A DNA stretch of 63,229 nt, the filler included, from Octopus bimaculoides (lineage: Eukaryota), in assembly GCF_001194135.2 (NCBI RefSeq). It is 11 parts of 10 records of this genome, joined end to end, with 100 filler letters (N's around TTAATTAATTAA, not from the genome) between each part and the next. Parts side by side here need not be neighbours in the genome. Positions count along the whole stretch, not along the records: positions 40,336 to 51,064 come from NC_068989.1; positions 51,165 to 52,417 come from NC_069008.1; positions 52,518 to 58,396 come from NC_068981.1; positions 58,497 to 60,556 come from NC_068982.1; positions 60,657 to 63,229 come from NC_068985.1; 6 more parts are not named here. One strand, written 5' to 3'. Within the stretch, counting starts at the first letter, position 1. Every line of letters begins with the position of its first letter. The notes below the pieces were generated by a model. It saw only the letters and a program-made list of their open reading frames with translations, was not told where the DNA came from and ran no database searches. Position numbers and translations under genes: made by a program. Of this stretch, positions 48,678 through 60,872 are shown piece after piece.

Positions 48678-51429
48678 CTACAAAAAAGAAAACAAACAAA
48701 CAAACTTATAACACAGGAATGAACTGCATAGACGTCTAAAACCTTAGATTCTGAAGCGACCACAAACAACACAAAAGTTACTCAACAACATATATCGTAG
48801 AACAGTTGAGTAAAAGGAAGAGAGATCAATAGGTGAATCAAATAACCTGACGCCCTAAACTCTAGTTTCTAAGTACCAAGCCAACACAACACTTAAAAGG
48901 CTGGAGTGCAATACTCAAACCAACCGACAAACCAACGATTTTGGGCGTTTGGCATCTATAATGTTGCCAAGCACTTACAGCACGTCACCAACTGGACAAT
49001 ACCGTCGGTGGAAAAATAACACTCACATCTGTAAAGGGTTATGCGACGATTGCTTAAGAGCTCTGGGCGTCGACGAAAACAATTCTAGCAATCTCTTCTG
49101 CATGTGTGTATCTCTGTACGTGTGTTACTAAAAGTAGGGCTGACATTATTATATAACACTTTCATGATATCATATTTGTCTATTCACAGCAGTCCACATC
49201 TAATATATTCCAACTACGAAACAAGATAAAAGAAAGCTACAGCTGTAAATCAAAACATAATGAAATAGTGTATAAAGACAACTATCTATCAACACGCGCG
49301 CGTGCGTACGCAGACACACACATACACACACACACACACACAAACACGCGCGCGCACGCACACACACACACATGCACACACACGCACAGACACACACACA
49401 CAAACACACACAAAATATCTGATAAATATTACAATCACATTCAACAAAATAAAGCAAAACAAAAGAGATTAAGTCTTCCATAATAGCTAGCTGACACAAC
49501 AAAGAAATCGCTACGCGATCGTTGGATCTGATACAAATAGCAGCCAAACCATTCTCAAATTTCTGTCTAATCTCTTTTTAAAGAGATTAAACAGATTGGA
49601 TAATGGATAACGTAGTCTTTGACACACTGTATCTAGACTTAGGCTGGAATGCCTCTAATAATAACAGGCTTGTCTGATTAGTGGGTAAGGGTTGACGTGA
49701 TCTGAACAACTCCAACAACAATGCAACAACGACGACGATGACGACGGCGACGACGAGAAGGCATTCATTACATTTCTGACGCCTTAGGAGAATAAATGAA
49801 AATTACATACGTGCAAAATAATCTAACCAGCACTCCAGATTATAATACAGTCATTTTAACAGGAAATCTCCCTCAAGCGCAATCAATATAGTTTATTGTA
49901 ATTGTTTGCTCATATGATAATCGCTAATTGCATAACTTGTCACCGTTATCAGTGAGACCTTAACTGACTGTTAGTGAAAAATTTATGTTGCACCTCTTTA
50001 CCTAAACGTTTTAGTAATACACGAAATATCTTAGGAATGCATTCGAAATTAAGGCGGATGTAGCCTAGAAATTCACAATTATTGAATATTATAAAACAGT
50101 AAAAAAAAAGACACACATTGATACACTCTTTACTTCGCTTTTAATCTTGAGCCTCCACCTGCATATGAACCACAGAGACGCCATCGTGATACACAGTACA
50201 TATCTGGAACATTTTAGGCGTGGCGGTGTCCATCCCTCTCGAAGTCTTCCAGAAAGGTTGAGAAAAGTAAAGAGAGACAGAGAGACAGAAAATGGGGATA
50301 ATCGACTCTAGTAGCAGACTGGTACTTTATTCATAAATCACTCGTTAAGGGTTATCTCTGCAGATTTTCTGTAGAAATTATAACTAGCACTGACTTTGTT
50401 ACGACGTTTCGTATCCGAGACGCCTGACGTAAACAATAATGAGATCGAAGATGAAAAAAAAAGGGTAATGGGCGTATATGACACATCAAAAGTTTTTGCG
50501 CCTTCATCAGTACCCATCCAAGCCATTAATCGTCCACGAACTCGTTGCTTAACTGGCCACTAAATATAGCGGTGTAACGTTATTGGTATGCCAATTTTAC
50601 ATATTAAACACATTCCTGGAAATTGGTTCATAAATATTAATCACCTGTAAGGACACGGCATTTTGTTTTGAAACCATAAAGTACTACGAAGTAATACTTT
50701 ATGGTTTCATTAAACGTTTTTATAAATCAATACCGTGTTTTTATAGCGTTTTTTAAACGTTTTTATAAATCAATACCGTGTTCTACTGTGTTAGCATTGT
50801 TATTACATCACTTGTTAAGATTATCTCCTCAAATTTTCTATAGAAATTTTAGCCAGCAGTATTATAGTTGCATCAGGAAATACCGTGTTCCTACAAGTCA
50901 TTAATATTTATTCATAGACCCTCTAAAGGATAAAGGTGGCAGGTCACCTCGGAAAGATTTCAACTGGGTGTGCAGAGAGGTGGAGTGAATACAGGAAGAT
51001 TTTTCTATCTCACGCTCTCCCAGATCTACAATTTCACTATCGAGGATCAATACGTTGTCCTCTANNNNNNNNNNNNNNNNNNNNNNNNNNNNNNNNNNNN
51101 NNNNNNNNTTAATTAATTAANNNNNNNNNNNNNNNNNNNNNNNNNNNNNNNNNNNNNNNNNNNNATATATATATATATATATATATATAAATACATACAC
51201 ACACACATATGTTCTCAAAGATATATACATATATACGTGCATACATACATACATACATACATACATACATACATACATACATACATACATACATACGTAC
51301 ATACATGCATACATATGTGTTTGCGAATGTGTTGATACAAAGAGATATCATAAATATATATATCCACATACACACGTACGCATATACGTAAGTATACGCA
51401 CACACACATACACACAAACAAAAACAAAA

Positions 51430-51492
<63 letters not shown>

Positions 51493-52082
51493 AATCCAAA
51501 CAAGAACAAGCAAGAAAAAACAATGTGAGGACGTGGTACATGTACTGTGTTATTGGACGCTCAGTAAAGGCAAGAAAAGAAAGTGGATTTCACGTTTCGA
51601 GCGGAGATCTTCGTCAGAAATATAGAAAAAGTCCAAAGAAGTGAAGACGGAGAAAGAAAATCGCCAGCGATACACACGCGGGGTATATATACATATATAC
51701 GTATATACCCACACCAAATCATTAGTTGACTGTTAGTAGCAACCGACACACATAAGAATCGAAAGAGCAAAGATCCACAGATTTCAACATTTACATTAAC
51801 CAAAATGGCGATCATTACAGTTTTGCAGTTGAGTGCTTTGTTGCAGATATTTTGGGTGAGTTCATGTTGTTTTTGTTGCTGTTGTACTGTTTGTTGTTGT
51901 TGCTGTTGTTGTGAGGTAGTTTGGTGTTGTTGTTGTTAGTGGTGGTGGTAGTGGAGACGTTGTTGGTGTTGGTGATGCTGTTGTGTTCATTGTTATTATT
52001 GCCGCCCTTGCTGTAGCAGATGCTTTCGTTGTTCTCGACAGGGTCCCTGGTGTCGCTGTTGTTATTACTGCCGCCGCCGCCG

Positions 52083-52121
<39 letters not shown>

Positions 52122-52517
52122 TTAAAATTGTTGCTGTTGTTCGTCATGTTGTTTTCCGCGTTCTTGTTTTGGCTAAAATTTTTCATTCGAAAACCAAAAG
52201 AAAAAAAAAACGCCGTAAAACACCAATAAATCAAAGAAAACACCAAACAAAACAACAAAACGAAACAAAAACAAAACAAAACAGCCTCTTACAAACAAAA
52301 AACAAGTAAAAAAAATTCTTTAGGCTATCTCACAAACAGCTGCAGTGTTGGTTTTTGTGGTTGTTGTAGTTGTTATTAGTGTTGCTATGAAGCCAGCGAA
52401 CTTGCAGAACCGTTAGCNNNNNNNNNNNNNNNNNNNNNNNNNNNNNNNNNNNNNNNNNNNNTTAATTAATTAANNNNNNNNNNNNNNNNNNNNNNNNNNN
52501 NNNNNNNNNNNNNNNNN

Positions 52518-52550
<33 letters not shown>

Positions 52551-52558
52551 GTATGTAT

Positions 52559-52733
52559 ATATATTAGAAAAAATAATAAGGTACTCAGATATCTGGATGG
52601 TTGTACATTTACTGATTTTTATTAATATGTCACCTGTTTTTATCAATCATATATTAGCGCTTGCATCTATTCTAGTAGACTCTCGGTACAACCATCCAGA
52701 TATCTGAGTACCTTATTATTTTTTCTAATATAT
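52559..52733. repeat. Perfect 48-bp inverted repeat with a 79-bp spacer
   Basis: 52559-52606 atatattagaaaaaataataaggtactcagatatctggatggttgtac is the exact reverse complement of 52686-52733. Confidence 0.95.
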
Positions 52734-52820
52734 CATTCCTGTACATCACCTCCAAACCTTCTAATATATATATATATATGCATATTTAAGTATAAGTATA
52801 CATTACTGAAGGCCGGTTTA

Positions 52821-52880
52821 TAGGGTTACCGTGGGTTTCTCGTCATAAAGTGTACCTTTATGGTTTATCTTCAGACCCTA
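52821..52880 (-). ncRNA. Type I hammerhead ribozyme motif (Penelope-like)
   Basis: UAGGGU-CUGAAGA-uaaac-CAUAAAG(guaca)CUUUAUG-acga-GAAA-CC(cac)GG-UA/ACCCUA: 6-bp stem I, full core, stem III, GUA cleavage triplet; base of stem II mispaired. Confidence 0.75.
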
Positions 52881-53019
52881 AGACCTGTTGACCTATGGTA
52901 CCCTTTACGACCTATGGTACCCTTTCTCTCGTTGTTTGCGTATTTAACTCACTTGTTTTCGTATTTCATGCTGTCTACAGTTGGTGACATCCAGTACCCA
53001 TTTATGCACACACACACAT

Positions 53020-53080
<61 letters not shown>

Positions 53081-54103
53081 TCTATATATATATTATTTAT
53101 ATTATATATATATTTATATATGTATATATGTATGTATGTATCTATATATATATATATATATTTAAAATNNNNNNNNNNNNNNNNNNNNNNNNNNNNNNNN
53201 NNNNNNNNNNNNNNNNNNNNNNNNNNNNNNNNNNNNNNNNNNNNNNNNNNNNNNNNNNNNNNNNNNNNNNNNNNNNNNNNNNNNNNNNNNNNNNNNNNNN
53301 NNNNNNNNNNNNNNNNNNNNNNNNNNNNNNNNNNNNNNNNNNNNNNNNNNNNNNNNNNNNNNNNNNNNNNNNNNNNNNNNNNNNNNNNNNNNNNNNNNNN
53401 NNNNNNNNNNNNNNNNNNNNNNNNNNNNNNNNNNNNNNNNNNNNNNNNNNNNNNNNNNNNNNNNNNNNNNNNNNNNNNNNNNNNNNNNNNNNNNNNNNNN
53501 NNNNNNNNNNNNNNNNNNNNNNNNNNNNNNNNNNNNNNNNNNNNNNNNNNNNNNNNNNNNNNNNNNNNNNNNNNNNNNNNNNNNNNNNNNNNNNNNNNNN
53601 NNNNNNNNNNNNNNNNNNNNNNNNNNNNNNNNNNNNNNNNNNNNNNNNNNNNNNNNNNNNNNNNNNNNNNNNNNNNNNNNNNNNNNNNNNNNNNNNNNNN
53701 NNNNNNNNNNNNNNNNNNNNNNNNNNNNNNNNNNNNNNNNNNNNNNNNNNNNNNNNNNNNNNNNNNNNNNNNNNNNNNNNNNNNNNNNNNNNNNNNNNNN
53801 NNNNNNNNNNNNNNNNNNNNNNNNNNNNNNNNNNNNNNNNNNNNNNNNNNNNNNNNNNNNNNNNNNNNNNNNNNNNNNNNNNNNNNNNNNNNNNNNNNNN
53901 NNNNNNNNNNNNNNNNNNNNNNNNNNNNNNNNNNNNNNNNNNNNNNNNNNNNNNNNNNNNNNNNNNNNNNNNNNNNNNNNNNNNNNNNNNNNNNNNNNNN
54001 NNNNNNNNNNNNNNNNNNNNNNNNNNNNNNNNNNNNNNNNNNNNNNNNNNNNNNNNNNNNNNNNNNNNNNNNAAAATATTGTATAGCTAGCTAGCTAGCT
54101 AGC

Positions 54104-54158
<55 letters not shown>

Positions 54159-54619
54159 GCGGAAGACAGGCAGGCAGGCAGAGAAATACACAGATAGACA
54201 GACAGACAGACAATTTTTGTTTACTTTCCGTTACAAAAACATATAAGTTCTCATTATAACCTAGAAAAGGAAATGTATAGAGTCTGAAACATGCTATTTC
54301 ATATACACCTGCATATCCAGTGTGTGTGTGCGCACGCGTTCACGAAATCATTCTGAATGTTACTGATAACATGCTATCCAGTACAGTTTGTGTTACATGG
54401 TCGGGTCGTCGGCGTCTAAACCGGAAACCCAGCAGGACGAAAACAAGACCAGTCAAAAGAACAGATGAACCCAGCGTTGGGTCGGCAACTATGAATCAAC
54501 AGACACTAGCAAAGCATAATTAAACATATTCAAAAGCCACCAAAATAGCATCAGGTGGTTTTATACGTCACGTTGCGGTTACATATGTTATTTTGTCTAT
54601 TACGGTTTGTTTCTGCGAT

Positions 54620-54810
54620 CCACTTAAGCGCTTACAACATACGTCCCGGTTCTTTATGTTCTAAGTTCAAACCCTGCCGAGGTTAACTTTGTCTTTCATT
54701 TTTACGGGGTCGATAAAATAGAGTATCGGTTTCATACTGGGGATTGATGGAATAGAATAAATCCAACCCTCAAAACTGCAGACCTTGTGCCTAAATTAGA
54801 AACAGTTATT
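54620..54810 (+). mobile_element. SINE family A, degenerate
   Basis: ttctttatgttctaagttcaaaccctgccgaggttaactttgtctttcat...ggggtcgataaa...ccttgtgcctaaattagaaac. Confidence 0.7.
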
Positions 54811-55236
54811 GGGAAAACACGATCAAGAAACATCACATTAAGTGAACAACTATGGTATACGTCGCTTAGTTTTCCTTGCCTTTTCTCGCATGTTTCTATA
54901 TCTGGCGTGGGCCACCATGCGCCAGTTCAGGTTAAACGTAATTAAGAGGAGTGAGATAGGCTCAGCACAAAGTCACTCTACTTAAACAAATGCAGGTTGT
55001 ATACTAACGATACTTCATTTTATTTACTCGCTTAATTCTTGCTAAGTCCTGTGGTGTGGAAGTCAAGGTGGGAAGGACAGGAACAGAGTTTGGTTGGAGT
55101 CTTTTCGTCTGGGATTTGCTCACAGGTGATTGGTGGGTGATGGAGGGTTTGTGTTTATTTTTCGGTGCTCATAAATGGTTCTTGCCAGGAAAGTCCATCA
55201 TACCTACCTACCTACCTACCTACCTACATACATACA

Positions 55237-55323
<87 letters not shown>

Positions 55324-55340
55324 ATGTATGTACGTATGAA

Positions 55341-55367
55341 CAGGGTGCGATGGGTAAATTGTCACAG

Positions 55368-55404
<37 letters not shown>

Positions 55405-56192
55405 CTTTGTGCATGCGCATTGTTTGTTTTTGATTTTGTCGACTAAACAGTATAGGAGAGTCAATTGGGCACAGTATGTGAGAAAAATAACACCATGACG
55501 AAATTCACTCTGCCAGAAATTTGGAAACGACATACTGTACTGCTTGGCATTAAACGCCGGAAGTTCCAATACGAACATGTACCGAAAGTGATAATGATCA
55601 GACACCCAGTCAACATTATGGTGTATGGAGTGATCACTAGTGATGGCGACATTATGCCTCCATTCATCTTCCCACACGGTCTCAGACTCAACACGGAAGC
55701 CTACATCAAATGCTGTCCTGGGTTAAGAGGGTGGCTGCTGGGAGAGCTTATATCTAGCAACAGGACTCTGCACCATGTCACACAAGCAGGAGAACTCAGT
55801 CATGGCTGTCAGACAATTAATTTATGCAACCACATCACCCCTGACATCTGGCCACCGAACTCCCCAGACTTCAACCCTTTGGTTATTATCTGTGGGGCAC
55901 AGTTGAGCGAGAGACCAACAAAACTCGTTACAACACCAAAGATGAACTGAACGAAAGGATTGTGACAGTATTCACCAACTTAAACAAGGAGACCGTTCAG
56001 AAGAGTTGCAGGAGATTCCGAAGCCGTCTGGAAGCTGTGGTAGGAGCCAATGGCGATTTAATTGAATAAATTTACTTTTTAGTTTTTCAAGATATTTTTA
56101 TGCAATTTTGGTAAATATATCTGTTAAAATGAGATGTCAGTGTTATTTTCATTTTTGCGTAATTTAGACGACAATTTATTCTTCGCACCCTG
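55341..56192 (+). mobile_element. Second DD37D (maT-type) Tc1/mariner deletion derivative
   Basis: Termini cagggtgcga...tcgcaccctg-TA; QQDSAPCHTSRRTQSWLSDN...WPPNSPDFNPL; homologous to 34581-35455. Confidence 0.85.
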
Positions 56193-56325
56193 TATATATA
56201 TACTTCAAACACACACACACACATATATATATAGAAAGAGAGAGATGCTTCACAGGGTGCACTGCAAGGTATGATACGTTTCCCAAAGTTTGGAGCCCTA
56301 TAGACAGTTCCACACTGCACTCTTA

Positions 56326-56966
56326 TGAAGTGCGTTAAAAAGATTACCGATTTTTGGACATAAAAAAAATTTCTACATTTCACAAATTTCATTTAATCAT
56401 TTGCAAAATGCTCTCTTTGGGAGTTCACACACTTCTTCCAAGGGTTCTACCACTGCTGATAACACCTCTGGAACGCCTTCTCTGAAATACTATGGAGCTC
56501 CGCTATAGATTTTCTCATAATTTCCTCTCACGACTCAAATCGCTTCGCTTTTTGCGTGGTTTTCAGTTTGGAGAATAGATCCAGAATTCGTACAGTGCCA
56601 AGTCGGGAGAGTAAGGAGCCTTTCGACAAACGATGTGATGTTCCCGACCTGTGTTGTTCTGTTCCTGTGCTTATTCCCACTTCGTGAGCAATTTCCTGGA
56701 TTGTTACATAACATTCTTCCATGGGTATTCGCAGAATTTTCTCAATCAGCTCCTCGTTTCGGCTTATGGATGGCCAGCGTGAGCTGGCATTGCTCTCCAC
56801 TGAGGTGCAGCCCTGTTTGAAGTAGTTGTATCTTTCCTTGATCTGAGTTTGCCCATTTTCACATATGTGCAGAAAGATTGGTGTCACCTCCTACCCAAGG
56901 ATTTTTCTCATGTGGCATTAGTTTTGGCGGGGAAAATGAAGTCGTACACTTTCTGAACGCACTTCG
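56326..56966 (-). mobile_element. Internally deleted mariner with both TIRs and TA flanks
   Basis: TA-(t/c)gaagtgcgtt(a/c)a at both ends; peptide FKQGCTSVESNASSRWPS...VTIQEIAHEVGISTG joined to LFSKLK...KRFES. Confidence 0.8.
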
Positions 56967-57348
56967 TACATTCGGTGTGGTTTGACGAACGATAATCAAT
57001 AAGTCTATAAGTCTCCAGATAGACTAATGTGCAGAATCCCACCGCATTATAGTAATGATAATTACAGAAAATGTAATTGGTATTTTTAGCTTTATATAAT
57101 AAACACGTGTTCCAGTAAGTGTATTGTCATTATTACATAAGCCGATTGACAATACGATTTTGTCACATGTCACTATTTACGGTGACACAGCTTTAAAAAA
57201 TGGTATTCTGTGATTTAGCGGGTTCTTATATGGCGAGTCATAAATGTTGGATTAAAAAATAGGTACTGAAGGGAATTATGATCAGTTAAAATCTTTCAAA
57301 GCTGATACCCCAATATTGTTACTGTCGAATGACTGAAACAGTAAAAAT

Positions 57349-57608
57349 AGCGGCGAGCTGGCAGAAACAGTAAAAGAGGCGGCGAGCTGGCAGAAACGTT
57401 ACCCCGCCGAGCGAAATACTTAGCGGTATTTCGTCTGTCGTTACGTTCTGAGTTCAAATTCCGCCGAGGTCGACTTTGCCTTTCATCCTTTCGGGGTCGA
57501 TAAATTAAGTACCAGTTACGCACAGGGGTCGATGTAATCGACTTAATCCCTTTGTCTGTACTTGTTTGTCCCCTCTATGTTTAGCCCCTTGTGGGCAATA
57601 AAGAAATA
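57349..57608 (+). mobile_element. Young SINE family A with a 15-bp TSD and a duplicated head
   Basis: tgaaacagtaaaaat at 57334-57348 and 57609-57623; gcggcgagctggcagaaac occurs twice at the 5' end. Confidence 0.9.
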
Positions 57609-57959
57609 TGAAACAGTAAAAATCGCATCTTGTTTGTGTGTGTGTGTGTGTGTGTGTGTGACACACAAATGAGTATCATTTGGTAACATGTACCAAGCTT
57701 TTGTTGTTTTAGGTGTCTGTGTAGTTGAGATTAAATACAGACACCGTCTTCGCCTTCGCCAAATTGACTCTGTGAAACCTCTTGGATTTGACAGATGGAG
57801 GGGTAGACAGCCGCACCAGCACACGGCTAGTACAGAATGCAACGTAGTAGAATGGAGCGATGTGGAATAGAGTATCTTGTTTAAGGACATTATGCGCTGA
57901 TCGGTGCGGGAATTAAATCCACTATTTCACAATTATTAGCAGAACCACTAGACCATGCG

Positions 57960-58330
57960 CCTTCACGTAATTATAAATTTATGAATCAAGTATATTCGTA
58001 TGAAATGTGTGAGCGTGTTGGCGTATGTATTGCGTCAACAAGAAATAAGAGAATATGCGTGTACATACGTTTAGAGATAGGAGTAAAATAGCTAGTACTA
58101 GTCTTAGTAAGTTTATTTGGGGGTTAAAAGAACAAAATAAGAACTTTTCGTTAGAATGGTCTGTTATAGGGAGGGATTTCCCATACGATAAGGGTAGGAG
58201 GTATTGCAACTTGTGCAATCTTGAGTTGTTTTTTATTCTATTTTCTAAGCATAAACTAATTAATAAACTAACATATAATGGGTTCAGATGTGTTCACGTT
58301 CGCAAACATACTTATTTTTGGTTTAGATAA
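57960..58330 (+). mobile_element. Penelope-like GIY-YIG endonuclease C-terminal remnant
   Basis: ORF 58055..58330: STSLSKFIWGLKEQNKNFSLEWSVIGRDFPYDKGRRYCNLCNLE, matching the LSKxIWxLK...CxLC motif of Penelope endonucleases. Confidence 0.85.
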
Positions 58331-58495
58331 TTTCATTGTTTATTTCTCCTATAGCAGAACTTTGTTATGATCGGGTATAAAGGTCTGGGTTTTAGTNNNN
58401 NNNNNNNNNNNNNNNNNNNNNNNNNNNNNNNNNNNNNNNNTTAATTAATTAANNNNNNNNNNNNNNNNNNNNNNNNNNNNNNNNNNNNNNNNNNN

Positions 58496-58778
58496 NGTTT
58501 ATTGAATGAAAACCCCTAAAGCTCCACGAGGCTCTGGCAGGGGATGGTGGCGAACCCTGCTGTACTCTTTCACCACAACTTTGTCTCACTCTTACTTCCT
58601 GTTTCTGTTGTGCCTGTAATTCAAAGGGTCAGCCTTGTCACACTGTGTCACGCTGAATATCCCCGAGAGCTACGTTAAGGGTACACGTGTCTGTGGAATG
58701 CTCAGCCACTTGCACGTTAATTTCACGAGTAGGCTGTTCCGTTGATCCCACGACGTCGTAAGCGACGGAGTGCCAACA
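58496..58778 (+). mobile_element. SINE family B, 5' end lost in a gap
   Basis: Aligns with 1117-1392. Confidence 0.9.
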
Positions 58779-60656
58779 ATATGTATATATGAAACTTTGA
58801 ATTCAGTTCACAGAGGTCTCAGTACTACTTTTACGGTCACCAGGGGTCCTACCTCAGGTTGGGAACCACTGATGTAGAACTAACTTTCTATGGCAGTTAT
58901 CTTTTTCCCGTTGGCAAAATGAATTTGTATGGCTACTACTGCGGTTGCTTAACGTAAGGTTATACATGATACAGAAGACTGACTAGAATCGTAAATGTTC
59001 TAGTAATTCACTCCAGGTTTCTGTCAATTATAGTGATTCTAGGAGTATATTTTCATATATTATTGTATTAAAATAAACTCAGATAAAACAAAAGAATGTA
59101 TTTATATTATATATATATATATTAATCTCTCGGACATCTTAGTTCTGGAAATTATTTGGTTACTAAGTACAAACCTTAACGCTTGTGTTTAGGGTGATGA
59201 CGTTTACAAGCTATTCTTTATAACTGTTACTGTTATTCGGTTTGATGATGATGTATTTTATAATATATCAGGACTTATTAAAATATGCATAAGTGGGCAG
59301 TTTGAAAAATGTGCAAGAGATCCCAAGCCAATATACTTTCACTGCATATATGTATGTGCTTGCAGGCGTGTGTGCACTAATTTTAGAAAATTTTATTGCA
59401 GTATTTTTTTTATAATTTAAGAACTATTCGGTAATCCCTGCAGGAATTGTCTGGTGTATATTTTTAATGTATGCTTATATTTGTATTATGGAAGTAGCCT
59501 ATAGTGAAAGTGGAATTGGGAGAAGGGAGTTAGTTAGGTATTTTAACGCTTAGCTGTTACATATATACTATTGGTTTAAAGCGTTTTAATGCTTTGAAGG
59601 TTGTGTGTTCCTACGAAGAAACTAATTTGAGGTTACTGTTCAGAATCTGGTTTAACAACATACGAATGTGATGGGAGTAATTGGTTCGGTTTCTATTACG
59701 TTTTTGTAAAGAAAATATGTTAATCAACAACATTTTTACCTACCTACCAACCGATAGCCTCTTCTGAATATTATAACTTCAGATTACAATAATTTACATA
59801 CTAAAATCACTATGACATGATTAGCTGATAACCAGAACCTCCTAAAAAAAACAGGTGAAAATCTTAAATAATAGCGTTTTGGAAACGCCATTACTTAAAA
59901 TTTGACGCATCTAATAAGCAGACGTAATTATAATTTCACAGAACTCGGGTTTTCGTAGAAAATCAACGTATTAGAGACAGGCGATAAAATCAAGTTTAAA
60001 TCAAACGTACCAGCTGGCCCAAACATTGCAGCTATCCTTTGGTGAAGAATGGTGGACTTATAGTAATAGCTTTGTAGGACTGTTTACTGATTGCATAGTC
60101 AACATCTGTTGCTTATATATTCTGCAAATTAGGAATATTACGATCGTTACGTACAACTAAGCTTTCTGAAACACCTGTTGGGTTAAGAATTTATGTACTT
60201 TCTTCCTAGTTTTCAGAATGGTTTATGCTCTATGTAAATATATATGTATACATATATATATATCTTTGTGATTCTCTTTCAGAATATATGTAGATGGATG
60301 TGTCTATGCATATGTATGTACGTATGTACGTATGTACGTACGTATACATGCATTCATTCATGCATGTTTGTATGTATGTATACAAAGATAAGCAGATGTA
60401 GGTACAAAGTATATTGATAAAGGTAGCGTGAGTGTGAGAGACAGACAGAAGATGGATAGATAGCTATATATATACATATATATATATCTTTGTGATTCTC
60501 TTTCAGAATATATGTAGATGGATGTGTCTATGCATATGTATGTACGTATGTACGTANNNNNNNNNNNNNNNNNNNNNNNNNNNNNNNNNNNNNNNNNNNN
60601 TTAATTAATTAANNNNNNNNNNNNNNNNNNNNNNNNNNNNNNNNNNNNNNNNNNNN

Positions 60657-60697
<41 letters not shown>

Positions 60698-60828
60698 CAC
60701 ACATATACATATGAAGTTGGATATTAGAAGATTCTCATTTGATAATCACCCCCAAGTGTGTGTGTATCTCTGTGTGTGTGCGTGTATGTGTGTAATGATG
60801 GTAATGACAATGGTGATGATGATGATAG

Positions 60829-60872
<44 letters not shown>

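Noticed and set aside
50140-50218. PPPAY (PPxY) motif in a short plus-strand frame
   Set aside because: The frame stops within about 20 codons, with no start or convincing splice sites.
50397-50515. Possible hammerhead (CUGAUGA ... GAAAC-GUC on the minus strand)
   Set aside because: The core halves are about 90 nt apart, stem II does not close next to GAAA, and stem I does not pair.
57711-57801. Possible plus-strand exon GVCVVEIKYRHRLRLRQIDSVKPLGFDRWR
   Set aside because: Weak donor (gtagac), adjacent to a minus-strand SINE remnant, no recognisable homology.
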